Assembly: GCA_040901705.1 (NCBI GenBank)
Contig: JBBDYI010000377.1
Span: forward strand, 1 to 60,942
Length of the DNA stretch: 60,942 bases
Reading direction: 5' to 3'
From: Pirellulales bacterium
Lineage (GTDB): Bacteria > Planctomycetota > Planctomycetia > Pirellulales > PLA5
Of the stretch, positions 9,887 to 23,192 are shown piece after piece; within the stretch, counting starts at the first letter, position 1; each line of letters begins with the position of its first letter. The notes beneath the pieces are model-generated. The model was not told the DNA's origin. It was given only the letters and a program-made list of their open reading frames with translations, and did no database searches. A program made the translations under genes and the position numbers.

Positions 9887-11278
9887 CTACTTGTTGGGCG
9901 TTTTGGCTCCGCCGACGAAGTTTTCCACGACGCCGATCGCCGACAAGGCGGCGGCGCGCGGCGAGTGAGGCCGTCCGGCGACGCGCTGGCCCGCGTCGAT
10001 CCGCACGTCGCGAACGACGATGCCGCAATCGACGGTGTCCTCGGGCGCGTGATTGAGCCACGCTTCGGCTTCGGCGAGCAAGCCGCCGTCGATAACGACC
10101 AGTGTGAATTGTTGCCGCAACACGGCCAGGTCGGCGGCGATCTGTGCGGCCCTCGCGCCGTTGACGTTCGTCGACGCGCGGCGCAGCGGCAGCATCGTGA
10201 CGCCGTCGTCCAGCGAGGCGATCAGCGCCGCGGCAAAGTCGCTTCGGCCGTCGAGCGCTTCGTCCCAACCGTGATCGACGGCGATGCCCAACGATCGCGC
10301 CAGCGTCGGCCTGGCGAAGTCGGCGTCCACCAGCGCGACCGAAAGGCCCAACTCGGCCAGCCGGCGGGCGGCATAAGCGGCCAGCGTCGTCGCCCCGGCG
10401 CCCCGACGCTCGCCGGCGAACATCACGACGCCGCGGCCGCCGCTGCTGGCGTCGACCAATTCGTCGATCAGCGTCGACAACGCCGTCGTAGCGCGGCCGG
10501 CGAGTCCGGCCACGATCGGCGGCCAACGGAAGGCATCGACTTCGTAGCCGGCGCGTAAATTCGACGCCCTCTGCGCCGACATGCGGTGATAAGCAATGCC
10601 ATCGACGCGCAGCGCGAACGAATCCGCTTCGGCCGCGTGGTTGGTGATTTCATCGGCTGATTCTTCAACCACATCGTGGTACGGATCGTGACTCAGCCCG
10701 CGATGCGGCTCAATGGCGCGGAGTTCATCGGGCTCGACGTCGCCGCTCGTCGCAAATTGTTCGGTGCATGCACGGTGACAAAGATTCGCCCGATCGAAGC
10801 GCGGCGAGGCGGCTTCAGCCCTCGCCGGAACGGGGCTGCGACTCGCTGCCGGCCGACGCGCTGCCGGAGTCGGAATCGGTCGTTTGGTCGTTTTTGGTGC
10901 GACTTCGCCAACGGGGTCGTTCTTGCCGACGAACGTATCGACCGAGAAGGACGTCGCTTGGAACGGCGGTGCCTTAAAGGCGGACGCGCTTTCCACGCTT
11001 TCGGGCGACGGCGTTTCTCGCGGCTGCGGCTTGGCCGGCAATCGTCGCGCCGTACGCGGTGCGACGCGATCGAGCGTCGCGGCATTGTGCGTCTCGACGC
11101 ACGGCTCGTCGACGGCGAACGCACCGGCGTCAACGACGATCGGCGCGGCCGACAACAGCGGCAATGCCGCCGCTGGTTCCGACGCCGACGCAAGCTTCGA
11201 CTGCGCCGCGCGCGACCCAGCGCCGCGTGCTCCGACGTGACCATACGCCTTGATGAACGATTGATCGAGTTTTGCCAT
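9887..11278 (-). CDS. CpsD/CapB/MinD-like P-loop domain protein with long disordered N-terminus
   Basis: Likely start MAKLDQSFIKAYG; C-terminal domain GERRGAGATT...VALVDAD...LVVIDGG. Confidence 0.7.
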   Translation of the reverse strand: MAKLDQSFIKAYGHVGARGAGSRAAQSKLASASEPAAALPLLSAAPIVVDAGAFAVDEPCVETHNAATLDRVAPRTARRLPAKPQPRETPSPESVESASAFKAPPFQATSFSVDTFVGKNDPVGEVAPKTTKRPIPTPAARRPAASRSPVPARAEAASPRFDRANLCHRACTEQFATSGDVEPDELRAIEPHRGLSHDPYHDVVEESADEITNHAAEADSFALRVDGIAYHRMSAQRASNLRAGYEVDAFRWPPIVAGLAGRATTALSTLIDELVDASSGGRGVVMFAGERRGAGATTLAAYAARRLAELGLSVALVDADFARPTLARSLGIAVDHGWDEALDGRSDFAAALIASLDDGVTMLPLRRASTNVNGARAAQIAADLAVLRQQFTLVVIDGGLLAEAEAWLNHAPEDTVDCGIVVRDVRIDAGQRVAGRPHSPRAAALSAIGVVENFVGGAKTPNK

Positions 11279-11294
11279 GAGATATCTCGCGATG

Positions 11295-12563
11295 CTAACG
11301 TCGGTAAGTTTCGGGAACGAAGGGCCGCTGAGCTTCCGCTGGTTCGCGGCCAATGTTGTAGGCCGGGGGTCGATTGTTTCTGTAATCGCGACGCTCGGCG
11401 TCGGCGATCTCGGCCGCTTTACGCTCGGCCGTTCTGCGCTCGAATTCAACGCGATCGGCCTCGACTCGTCGGTCGTCGAACCGGCGATCCGCGTACCGAT
11501 CTTCGGCCGGACGATCGAAGGCATTTCTCGCGTCGGCGGCTCGATTGGGCGTGCGAGCGACGGCGGTGTCGGCATAGTACGGATTCGTTCGAATCGGCGC
11601 GTACTCCGAAGTCTGTGTCGGTTGCGGCCGCTCGGCCCAACGCCGCGGCATGTCCGTCGGCGGCTGCGGCCCCTCGTCGCCACGCCAGGCGTTGCGTTCG
11701 TTCTGCCGGCCGTTTGGTTCGTCGCGCGGCGTTGCGTCGAACGGCAAATCACCACGGGCAAGCGGCTCGCGGTGCGACGGAATCGGCCGCACCGCGGCGT
11801 GAGCAAATCGCCCGTCGCCGGTCACGTCGCCGGCGATTTCGTCCGGCCAACGGTCGTCGTAACTCTTGGAAGCCCCGGCCGAGCGAGCGGCGTCTTGGAT
11901 TTCGCGGATCGTCGGTCCGTTGCGACCGGCCTGATCCTCTGCGACATGCGACGAATCGGCCGGCGGCTTTCGATCGTCATCCGCGACGTTCGACTTTGAC
12001 TTGGCGTCATCGATCGCGGCGGAATAGCTTGTGGCCGTTTCCTCGTCTTGATGCCAGGCCGGCGGCGACGTTTCGACTGGCGGATCGGACTTGCCGCCGC
12101 TAAACATCCACAACGACATCACCAGCGACGCCATCACCGTGCCCAATTTGACGATCGGTGGCAAACTGATCGCCCAGCCCCAGCAGGCGGCGAGGTCGAA
12201 GTGCAACAGCGCGGCGGCGGCCTTGACGTAGATCAAGCGAAACTTCGGACGGGGCACCTTCCAGTTGGGATTCCAATGCAGTTTCCAACTTCGCCGCGAC
12301 ACCGCATCGTTCGACACCGAATCGTTCGACGCCGCACGCTTGGATGCCGGCTCCGTACACATGTCGGGAACTTGGGCGACGACCGCGAGCGATGGCTCCT
12401 CGGCGGCCCGTTCCATCGCGGTCGTCGGATGCAATGTGGCCGATTCGACGTCGATGCGCCGCGGCGCCGCGAGTCGATCGTCCCGTGCGTCGGCCGACGT
12501 TTCGGCCACCGGCCGCGGCGTAACCAAGGCCAACGCTGAAGACATTCGTGTACCGCGGTTCAT
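11295..12563 (-). CDS. Hypothetical single-membrane-anchor, low-complexity protein
   Basis: Central hydrophobic segment (LGTVMASLVMSLWMF) flanked by charged disordered regions; 16 bp upstream of the next gene. Start uncertain (12563 or 12545). Confidence 0.55.
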   Translation of the reverse strand: MNRGTRMSSALALVTPRPVAETSADARDDRLAAPRRIDVESATLHPTTAMERAAEEPSLAVVAQVPDMCTEPASKRAASNDSVSNDAVSRRSWKLHWNPNWKVPRPKFRLIYVKAAAALLHFDLAACWGWAISLPPIVKLGTVMASLVMSLWMFSGGKSDPPVETSPPAWHQDEETATSYSAAIDDAKSKSNVADDDRKPPADSSHVAEDQAGRNGPTIREIQDAARSAGASKSYDDRWPDEIAGDVTGDGRFAHAAVRPIPSHREPLARGDLPFDATPRDEPNGRQNERNAWRGDEGPQPPTDMPRRWAERPQPTQTSEYAPIRTNPYYADTAVARTPNRAADARNAFDRPAEDRYADRRFDDRRVEADRVEFERRTAERKAAEIADAERRDYRNNRPPAYNIGREPAEAQRPFVPETYRR

Positions 12564-12906
12564 GGTCGACCACCTGATGGGCGAGCGAAAGGCAAGCACC
12601 GTCGAGGTTCGACGGTTGTGTTCGTGAGCGGTTCGGCCGTTCGTGGGGCGGTCGGCGGTTCGCGTTTCCAGGCAGCGACCGCCGGCGCGCCGCGCGGCAA
12701 TTCCCCGGCCTCTACATCGGTAGCGGATGTGCCGATCTTGAGACTTAACGCGGATTTGCCGGTTAGCGAAGCTGCGCGGCTTGGCGAATCGGCCGGCGCC
12801 TGCGCGCGAACCTTCGGCCGCAAGCCGTTGTCTGGCAACGAGATACGCCCGACGGGCGGCGTCGATCGGCCTTGCCCAGGCCGTTTTTCCATGCGATACT
12901 CCCAAC

Positions 12907-16620
<3,714 letters not shown>

Positions 16621-16732
16621 CCGCTCGCCCGGCTTCGATGCGCGGCCAAAGTTCTTTCGGCAGTCACTCACGGGCGTGCGTTTACCGGCTTAAGAGGCGG
16701 ACGTTTCACCTATTTGTTCTCCATTCTCGTGC

Positions 16733-16773
16733 TTGACAAACAAAAACTACCGCGGTAGTATTACCGCGGTAAT
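16733..16773 (+). promoter_or_regulatory. sigma70 promoter with tandem palindromic BlaI-type operators
   Basis: TTGACA(16733)-N17-TAGTAT(16756); perfect palindromes ACTACCGCGGTAGT (16746-59) and ATTACCGCGGTAAT (16760-73). Confidence 0.8.
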
Positions 16774-16847
16774 CATCGCCGAGGTAGACTTTTGGGAGCC
16801 CGGCGGTCCGTGGTTTTGTGGCGAGGGCGACTTCACGAGCGACGATC

Positions 16848-17261
16848 ATGGCGAGCGACGATCGAACCTACCGACTCGGCGATTTACAGCTTGAGATCAT
16901 GAAGGTTCTCTGGCGGTTCGGCGCGGCGACCGTGGCCGACGTTCACGGCCAGCTTGCCGGCGAGCGGCTGGCGTATACTACGGTCGCCACGATGCTGCGG
17001 AAAATGGAAGATCGCCGTCTGGTGGCGCACGAGGCTCCCAGCAGCGATGGCCAAGGGCGGAAGTTCGTTTACCGACCTCTGGTGAGCGAACGCGAGGTGA
17101 CCCGCGGCATGACGGGCGATCTCGTCGAGCGATTGTTCGAGGGAAGTCTGGCCAGCACGGTCAGTCATCTACTCGAAGAACGGGACGTGAGCGCGGAGGA
17201 ATTGGCGGAGTTGGAACGGTTGATCAAGGAACACAAACGGGGCCGGGCAAAGCGAGATTAG
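16848..17261 (+). CDS. BlaI/MecI/CopY family repressor
   Basis: LGDLQLEIMKVLW..ATVADV..LAYTTVATMLRKME..LFEGS. Confidence 0.93.
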   Translation: MASDDRTYRLGDLQLEIMKVLWRFGAATVADVHGQLAGERLAYTTVATMLRKMEDRRLVAHEAPSSDGQGRKFVYRPLVSEREVTRGMTGDLVERLFEGSLASTVSHLLEERDVSAEELAELERLIKEHKRGRAKRD

Positions 17262-17329
17262 CGCGGCTCGGTTGCGAGTAACCGACAGTCCAAAGGCGGA
17301 CAACTCGACTGCAAGACGGCGGGTGCAAC

Positions 17330-20155
17330 ATGGCCGACAACCTGTGGCCCGATTTATCGGCGGCCGTATCCGGCGGGGCGATTGCCGTTGCATTGGCGGC
17401 GATCGCCGTGGCCGCGGGCGCGACGGTCGTTGGGATGGCGTTTGGTTCGGCGGTCGCGCGGCGAACGGCGTGGCAAGTTGCGGTGATCGCGACGCTCGGT
17501 TTCGTTGCATTGGAGCTAAGCGGCGTTGGCGCGGCGACCCTGGCAGTGATCGAATCGGCGACCGCGCCGCAGCATGAGGCGTCAACTTACGCCGAATCGC
17601 AATTGCCGCGCGACGCACCGCGGTCAGGCATCGACGAAACGATGCCGCACGGCGAGAACCGATTCGATTGGCCAAACGACGTCGCCGCTTTGACGCCACC
17701 GTCGATTGGCATCGACGTGGAGGTCGGCGAGAAATTAGTTGTTTCGAACGATAATCGGGCCGCGATCGCGACCGGATGGAGCGCGACGCAAGCAGGGTCC
17801 GATGTTTCGGAACCGATCATTTCGACAAGCTCAGCTGCACAGCGCGACATCGACCGTGATGCGAACGCGACGCGGCCGGGTTGGTTGCCTGCGGCGTTTG
17901 CGGCGAGTTGGCTCGGCGGCGGGTTGTACTTTTTAGCGCGGTTGATCCTGGCCGGCCGGGCGATGCGCACGCTGGCCAGTCGATTGCCGCCGTATGTAAG
18001 CGAACCGGACATCGGCGCGGACGAAAACTCGCAAGCCCGTGCAGAAACGCCGTCGGACGTCCGCGAATTGGCCGCGGTATGGGGCTATTCCGGCGAAGTG
18101 CGGCTGGTTGCTTTGCCGGCCGGTTCTTCGCCGATCGCGTTTGGCGTGCGGCGGCCGACGATCGGTTTGCCGCGCGATTTTGAGAAACGATTTACGCGGC
18201 CACAGCGTCGGGCCGTGCTCGCACACGAGTTGGCGCATCTGGCCGCCGGCGATCCGCTGTGGCGGCTGCTGGCCGACGTGTTGACGGCCGCAGTGTGGTG
18301 GCATCCGGCCGCGTGGCTGATGCGGCGGCGGTTGATCGAAGAGAGCGAAGCAGCGGCCGACGAAGCGAGTCGGGCGTTGCCCTCGGGAGCGGAACGGCTG
18401 GCCGAGGCGCTGGTTGTGCTGGGCAAGCGAATGGCCCGGCGGCGCGTTGCGTCGGTGTTTGGCGCGGAGGGGGAATTCCGCTCGTCGTTGGCCCGTCGCG
18501 TGGAGCGGCTATTGGCCGAATGCGATGAGCCTTGGCGGCCGGCCTCGCGCGGTTGGCTGCTGGCGATGCGCGGCGCGGGCGGCGTCGCGGCGATTGTATG
18601 CGTATTGTTTGTTGCTTATTGGGGACGTAACCACCTATCCTCGACCGATTTTTACTCGAGCCCAGGAGAATCCGAGATGAGAACGTTTGCAGACACCTGG
18701 CGGCGGTCGCTATGCGGCGTCGCACTGGCGATGCTGGCCAGCGGACCGGCGAAGGCCGATGCGCCGGCCGGCCAACCCCCGGCCGCCAGCGGCAAAACCG
18801 CGTTGGTCGCGTTCGCCGATAACGACGACGATGATGATGACGACGACGACGATGACGACGACGACGACGACCGCGACGACGACAAAGGTGAAAAAAAGGA
18901 AGCCGGCGAGCGCAAAGAGCGCGAGCGCGGTGAAGGCGACCGGAAGGAAGCCCGCGAGGGCGCCGATCGCGAACGAGCCGAACGAGAAGAAGGCAAACGA
19001 GAAGAAGGCGAGAAAGGCGAACGTCGCGAAGGCGAGAAAGGCGAACGTCGCGAAGGCGAGGAGCGCGAGCGGGCCGAGCGCCGAGAACGCGAAGTCACCG
19101 AGCGCAACGAAGGACGCCGCCGCGAGGCGCAGGAAATCGAAAATCGCGTCCGCGAAATCCGCAACCACATCCGCGAGTTGGGCGACCGCAATCCCGACGA
19201 ACGACGCGAGTTGGCTCGCGAAGCCGAGCGGCTCGTGAATCGGCTGCGCGAAATGGCCGGACGCGAGCGGGAACGGCCGGACGGAGATCGGCCCGATCGA
19301 GATCGTCCGCGCGGCGATCGACCGGAAGGTGGTCCACGTGAAGGCGGACCGCGCGAAGGAGAGGGACCGCGACGACCCGCTCCGGAGGAACGCGAACGAC
19401 TCGAACACTTGCGGGCCGCCATCGAACACCTGCACGCGGCCGGCATGCACGACGTTGCCGATCGATTGGCTCGCGAACATGAGCAGCGCATGCGGCAACG
19501 CGAAGGCGGCGATCGCCCGCGGCCGGACCGCCCCGAAGGCGATCGACCGGCTCCGGATCGACCACGTCCCGACGGTCCGCGGCCGGATCGGCCTCGACCG
19601 GAAGGCGAACGAGGTGAACGGGATCGTCCGCGCCCGGACCGACCCGAAGGCGATCGGCGTGAAGGCGATCGACCGCCGCCAGACCGTCCTCGACCAGAGC
19701 GACCGGAACGAGACCGACCGGAAGGTGATCGACCGCGGCCGGATCGACCGGACGGAGATCGACGCGAGGGCGACGAGCGCCGCGAGGCCGCCAATCGCAC
19801 GGCGGAAGAATTGAAACACTCGCTGCAAAGCGAGCACACACCGAACGAAGTGCTGCGGCTCAAGCTAGTCCAAGTCGCGCAAGCGCTTGTCGAGCGGACG
19901 GCAGTCGCTCAGGCCGAAGAGCAGGCGCACCAAGCCGCGCTGAAGCAGTTGGAAGCGGCCAAAGCCCAGGCCAACGGCGAGTTGCGGCAAGCGGCCGAGA
20001 ACAAGGCCGCGGAATTGGCTGCGGTTCAGCGGAAACTGGGGCTGGAGCGGGAAGAATTGCGTGCTCAGGTCGAACGTCTCCGCGACGAACTGGCGGCCAA
20101 GCAAGCCCAACTCGAAAAAGCCCGCAAGCTGAACGAGCAGCAACCGCCAAAGTAG
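17330..20155 (+). CDS. M56 (BlaR1-like) membrane metallopeptidase with long charged low-complexity C-terminal region
   Basis: TM segments, HELAH zinc motif, WWHP, E-AAD; poly-Asp, E/R/G and RPD/RPE repeats, coiled-coil tail. Confidence 0.88.
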   Translation: MADNLWPDLSAAVSGGAIAVALAAIAVAAGATVVGMAFGSAVARRTAWQVAVIATLGFVALELSGVGAATLAVIESATAPQHEASTYAESQLPRDAPRSGIDETMPHGENRFDWPNDVAALTPPSIGIDVEVGEKLVVSNDNRAAIATGWSATQAGSDVSEPIISTSSAAQRDIDRDANATRPGWLPAAFAASWLGGGLYFLARLILAGRAMRTLASRLPPYVSEPDIGADENSQARAETPSDVRELAAVWGYSGEVRLVALPAGSSPIAFGVRRPTIGLPRDFEKRFTRPQRRAVLAHELAHLAAGDPLWRLLADVLTAAVWWHPAAWLMRRRLIEESEAAADEASRALPSGAERLAEALVVLGKRMARRRVASVFGAEGEFRSSLARRVERLLAECDEPWRPASRGWLLAMRGAGGVAAIVCVLFVAYWGRNHLSSTDFYSSPGESEMRTFADTWRRSLCGVALAMLASGPAKADAPAGQPPAASGKTALVAFADNDDDDDDDDDDDDDDDDRDDDKGEKKEAGERKERERGEGDRKEAREGADRERAEREEGKREEGEKGERREGEKGERREGEERERAERREREVTERNEGRRREAQEIENRVREIRNHIRELGDRNPDERRELAREAERLVNRLREMAGRERERPDGDRPDRDRPRGDRPEGGPREGGPREGEGPRRPAPEERERLEHLRAAIEHLHAAGMHDVADRLAREHEQRMRQREGGDRPRPDRPEGDRPAPDRPRPDGPRPDRPRPEGERGERDRPRPDRPEGDRREGDRPPPDRPRPERPERDRPEGDRPRPDRPDGDRREGDERREAANRTAEELKHSLQSEHTPNEVLRLKLVQVAQALVERTAVAQAEEQAHQAALKQLEAAKAQANGELRQAAENKAAELAAVQRKLGLEREELRAQVERLRDELAAKQAQLEKARKLNEQQPPK

Positions 20156-20166
20156 ATCGCCGCGCG

Positions 20167-21567
20167 CTACTTCAGCTTTTTGCGAAGCGTGGCGCGGTGG
20201 ATGCCCAAAATGTCTGCGGCGGCGACGCGGTTGTCGCCCGTGTGCTGGAGGACTACGCCGAGCAGCGCCGGTTCGACGACGCGGAGCATGCGTTCGTGCA
20301 TGGTGCCGTCGATGGTTTCGCTGCGGCGTAGTTCCTCGGCCGCCCAGGCGCGGACCGATTCGGCCAGCGATCCTTCAAGCGTGGCCGGCGACTCGCCGCT
20401 GAGCGAAACCGCCGGCGGCAAATGTTCCGGATCGATCGGGCCACCCCGCGCCAGCACCGCCCCGTGGTCGATCGCGCTACGCAACTCGCGGGCGTTGCCG
20501 ACCCATGTGCGGCGACAGAGTTCGTCGATGGCGGCCGGCGTGAGTTGGGTTTGGCCGGCGGCATTGACGCGACTTTGCCGCAGAAAGTACTCGGCCAGCA
20601 GTGGGATGTCCTCCTTGCGCTGCCGCAGCGGCGGAATATGAATTTCGAACGCGGCCAGGCGAAAGTACAAGTCCTGGCGAAACGTCCCCTCGGCCACGTC
20701 GCGGCGGAGGTCGCGGTGTGTGGCGGCGATGACGCGGAAATCGCACGGCCGCGGCGTCGTCGTGCCGACGGGCGTTAGCTCGCGCTGTTCGAGCACGCGG
20801 AGCAGCTTGGCTTGCACGGCGAGCGGAATGTCGCCAGCTTCGTCGAAGAACGCCGTCGCGTCGTCGGCCAGTTCGAGCAGACCGCCGCGGCCCGCGACGG
20901 CATCGGTGAATGCTCCGCGGACGTGACCGAACAGCTCGCTTTCGACCAGCGTGGGGCTGAGCGCCGCCAGATGCACGGGCACGAACGGCCGGTCGCTGCG
21001 CCGCGAATGGCGATGGATCGCGCGGGCGACGAGTTCCTTGCCGGTGCCGCTTTCGCCGGTGACGAGCACGCTCATGTCGGTGGCGGCGACGATGGCGATC
21101 CGTTTGAAGACTTGCTGCATGGCGGGGCTGGCGCCGAGCAGATCGCCGTCGATGACGGACGAGGGAGCGGGCGTTTCCGCTTTCGCATCGGCCCGGCGGC
21201 CGCGCAACGCGCGGTGCAACACTTCGGCCACTTCGTCGAGATCGAATGGCTTGGTGAGATAATCGACCGCCCCTTGCTCGACGGCCGCGACCGCCGTTTC
21301 CAGATTGCCGAAGGCCGTGATGACCACAACCGGCACCGGCCCGACGCGGTCGCTGAGTTGCTTCATCGCGGTCAAACCGTCGATGCCTGGCAGCCGCACG
21401 TCCATGACGACGAGGTCTGGCGTTCTCTTGTCGGCCAGCGCAAGGGCCTGCTCCGCGGTACTGGCGACGCTCACCTCGTGGCCTTCTTCGGTGAGCAAAC
21501 GCTTGAGGCCCCAACAGATGCTTTCCTCGTCGTCGACGATCAGAACGTGTCCGGGGGTGCTGGTCAC
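20167..21567 (-). CDS. NtrC-family sigma54-dependent response regulator
   Basis: Receiver (VDDE, MDVRLPG), GESGTGKE, ESELFGH, GAFTDA, Fis-type HTH. Confidence 0.95.
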   Translation of the reverse strand: MTSTPGHVLIVDDEESICWGLKRLLTEEGHEVSVASTAEQALALADKRTPDLVVMDVRLPGIDGLTAMKQLSDRVGPVPVVVITAFGNLETAVAAVEQGAVDYLTKPFDLDEVAEVLHRALRGRRADAKAETPAPSSVIDGDLLGASPAMQQVFKRIAIVAATDMSVLVTGESGTGKELVARAIHRHSRRSDRPFVPVHLAALSPTLVESELFGHVRGAFTDAVAGRGGLLELADDATAFFDEAGDIPLAVQAKLLRVLEQRELTPVGTTTPRPCDFRVIAATHRDLRRDVAEGTFRQDLYFRLAAFEIHIPPLRQRKEDIPLLAEYFLRQSRVNAAGQTQLTPAAIDELCRRTWVGNARELRSAIDHGAVLARGGPIDPEHLPPAVSLSGESPATLEGSLAESVRAWAAEELRRSETIDGTMHERMLRVVEPALLGVVLQHTGDNRVAAADILGIHRATLRKKLK

Positions 21568-21570
21568 AGG

Positions 21571-23061
21571 TTACACCTTGGAGGAAATGGTTTCGCGAGC
21601 GTTTTGCTGGCTCGTGGGTCGATCCGCGTGAACGGTTTCCGCGTCTTTACGTGTCGGATCGAGATCGCTGCCGAGCGGGAGCACGACTTCGAAACACGTT
21701 TCGCGCGACGCAGTTTCACCCAACGTGGTGTCGAGCGCGATGGTTCCGCCGTGCGCTTCGGCGATTTGGCGGGCGACGGCCAGGCCCAGGCCAACTCCCT
21801 CGGGCTTGGTCGTGACGAACGGTTCGAACAGCTTATCGAGCAGTTCCGCGGGCGGACCGGGGCCGCTGTCGACGATTCTGATGCGAGCCGATCGATCGGC
21901 CGTCGCATCGACGGTTATCCGCACGCGCCCATCGCTGCCGGCGGCTTCGATGGCGTTGAGCGCGAGATTAACGAGCAACTGGCGGATTTGATCGCGATCG
22001 GCGTCGATCTCAATCGGCGGCGATCCGCCGGTTGCTTCGACGACGATCCCGCGATGTTGGCTCGACGGTCGCACCAGCGCGGCGACTTCCTCGACGGCCT
22101 CGCGAAGATCGAAGCGGGTTCGGCTGGGCGTCGCCGGCTTGCCGACGGCGAGGAACCGCCGCAATTGTGACTCGGTGAGTTCGAGTTGCCGCAGCGCCAC
22201 GGCGAGGCTTTCGGGATCGCGCTCGTCGCAAGCCCGCTGGTGAAGCTGGACGGCCAATCGCGCGCCCGCGACGCTGTTGCGCAGTTCGTGGGCGAGTCCG
22301 CCGCTGAGTTGGCCGAGGACCGCCAGCCGTTCGGTTCGGCGAATGACTCCGTGCAACTCGTCGAGCTGTGACGAAAGCGAGTTCACCGATTCGACGAGGT
22401 CGCGCAGTTCGTCGTTGCGCTCGGGCCGCGCGATCGGACGATAATCGCCTTGGGCGATGCGACCGACCTGCGAGCGAAGCTGCCCGATCGGACCGCTCAA
22501 TCGCCGGCTGATCACGATCGAGACCAGCGAAACCACGGCCAGCGCCGCGCAACCGACGACCAAAGGCGGAACGATCGCCGCGCTGCGCGCCTCGCGCCAG
22601 CGGGCTTCGGGGTAGAGAATGCAAAGCGTTTGCCGACTGCCGTCGCGGCCGGGGCGGGTTTGCGTGGAAAGGTAGAAGTAGGTGAGGCCGTCCATGTGCA
22701 GCGTGCGATCGACGTCGAACTCGCTGCTCTTCGCGCCGGAAAGCGATTCGGGCGTGAACGCCAACGAGAATTCATTCGGAACCGCGATCGTGCTGGCGAA
22801 CGTGATCGGCCGCGCCGAAGCGTCGGCAGTCGTCACGATGAATTCGGCCCCGCTCAGCCCCCGCATTTGCCGCAGTACGTTCTCGGAAAGCGGAAACGTC
22901 GCTTCGCGGAGCGTCGATGCCAGACCGTCGAGCTGCGACGCGAGTTGCGCCTCGGTCCGCCGTGCCGCCAACACGGCGCTGAGCGCCGCGACGCCCACGA
23001 TCGCCACCAGCATGACCGCGGCGAACGGCACGAGAATCTGATATCGCAGCGGCCAGCGCAT
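21571..23061 (-). CDS. HAMP-domain sensor histidine kinase
   Basis: Two TM helices, HAMP, AHELRN H-box, NLALNA, DSGPG, GVGLGL. Confidence 0.93.
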   Translation of the reverse strand: MRWPLRYQILVPFAAVMLVAIVGVAALSAVLAARRTEAQLASQLDGLASTLREATFPLSENVLRQMRGLSGAEFIVTTADASARPITFASTIAVPNEFSLAFTPESLSGAKSSEFDVDRTLHMDGLTYFYLSTQTRPGRDGSRQTLCILYPEARWREARSAAIVPPLVVGCAALAVVSLVSIVISRRLSGPIGQLRSQVGRIAQGDYRPIARPERNDELRDLVESVNSLSSQLDELHGVIRRTERLAVLGQLSGGLAHELRNSVAGARLAVQLHQRACDERDPESLAVALRQLELTESQLRRFLAVGKPATPSRTRFDLREAVEEVAALVRPSSQHRGIVVEATGGSPPIEIDADRDQIRQLLVNLALNAIEAAGSDGRVRITVDATADRSARIRIVDSGPGPPAELLDKLFEPFVTTKPEGVGLGLAVARQIAEAHGGTIALDTTLGETASRETCFEVVLPLGSDLDPTRKDAETVHADRPTSQQNARETISSKV

Positions 23062-23192
23062 GAGTCACGCCCGAGGGGCGACCGGATGGAACCGCCGCGC
23101 GAACGCCGCGCTGTCGCGATCATTCCATAATAGATGGCCGCTTCGCGCCGCTCAATGTTGCGGCAAGGCATGGCGTCGCCGCCGACGGCGAC

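Noticed and set aside
12570-12906. SAM/SAH/cobalamin riboswitch before metH
   Set aside because: No recognisable consensus elements by eye.
18652-19863. Ser/Arg-rich antisense ORF
   Set aside because: Mirror of the D/E/R repeats in the M56 gene.
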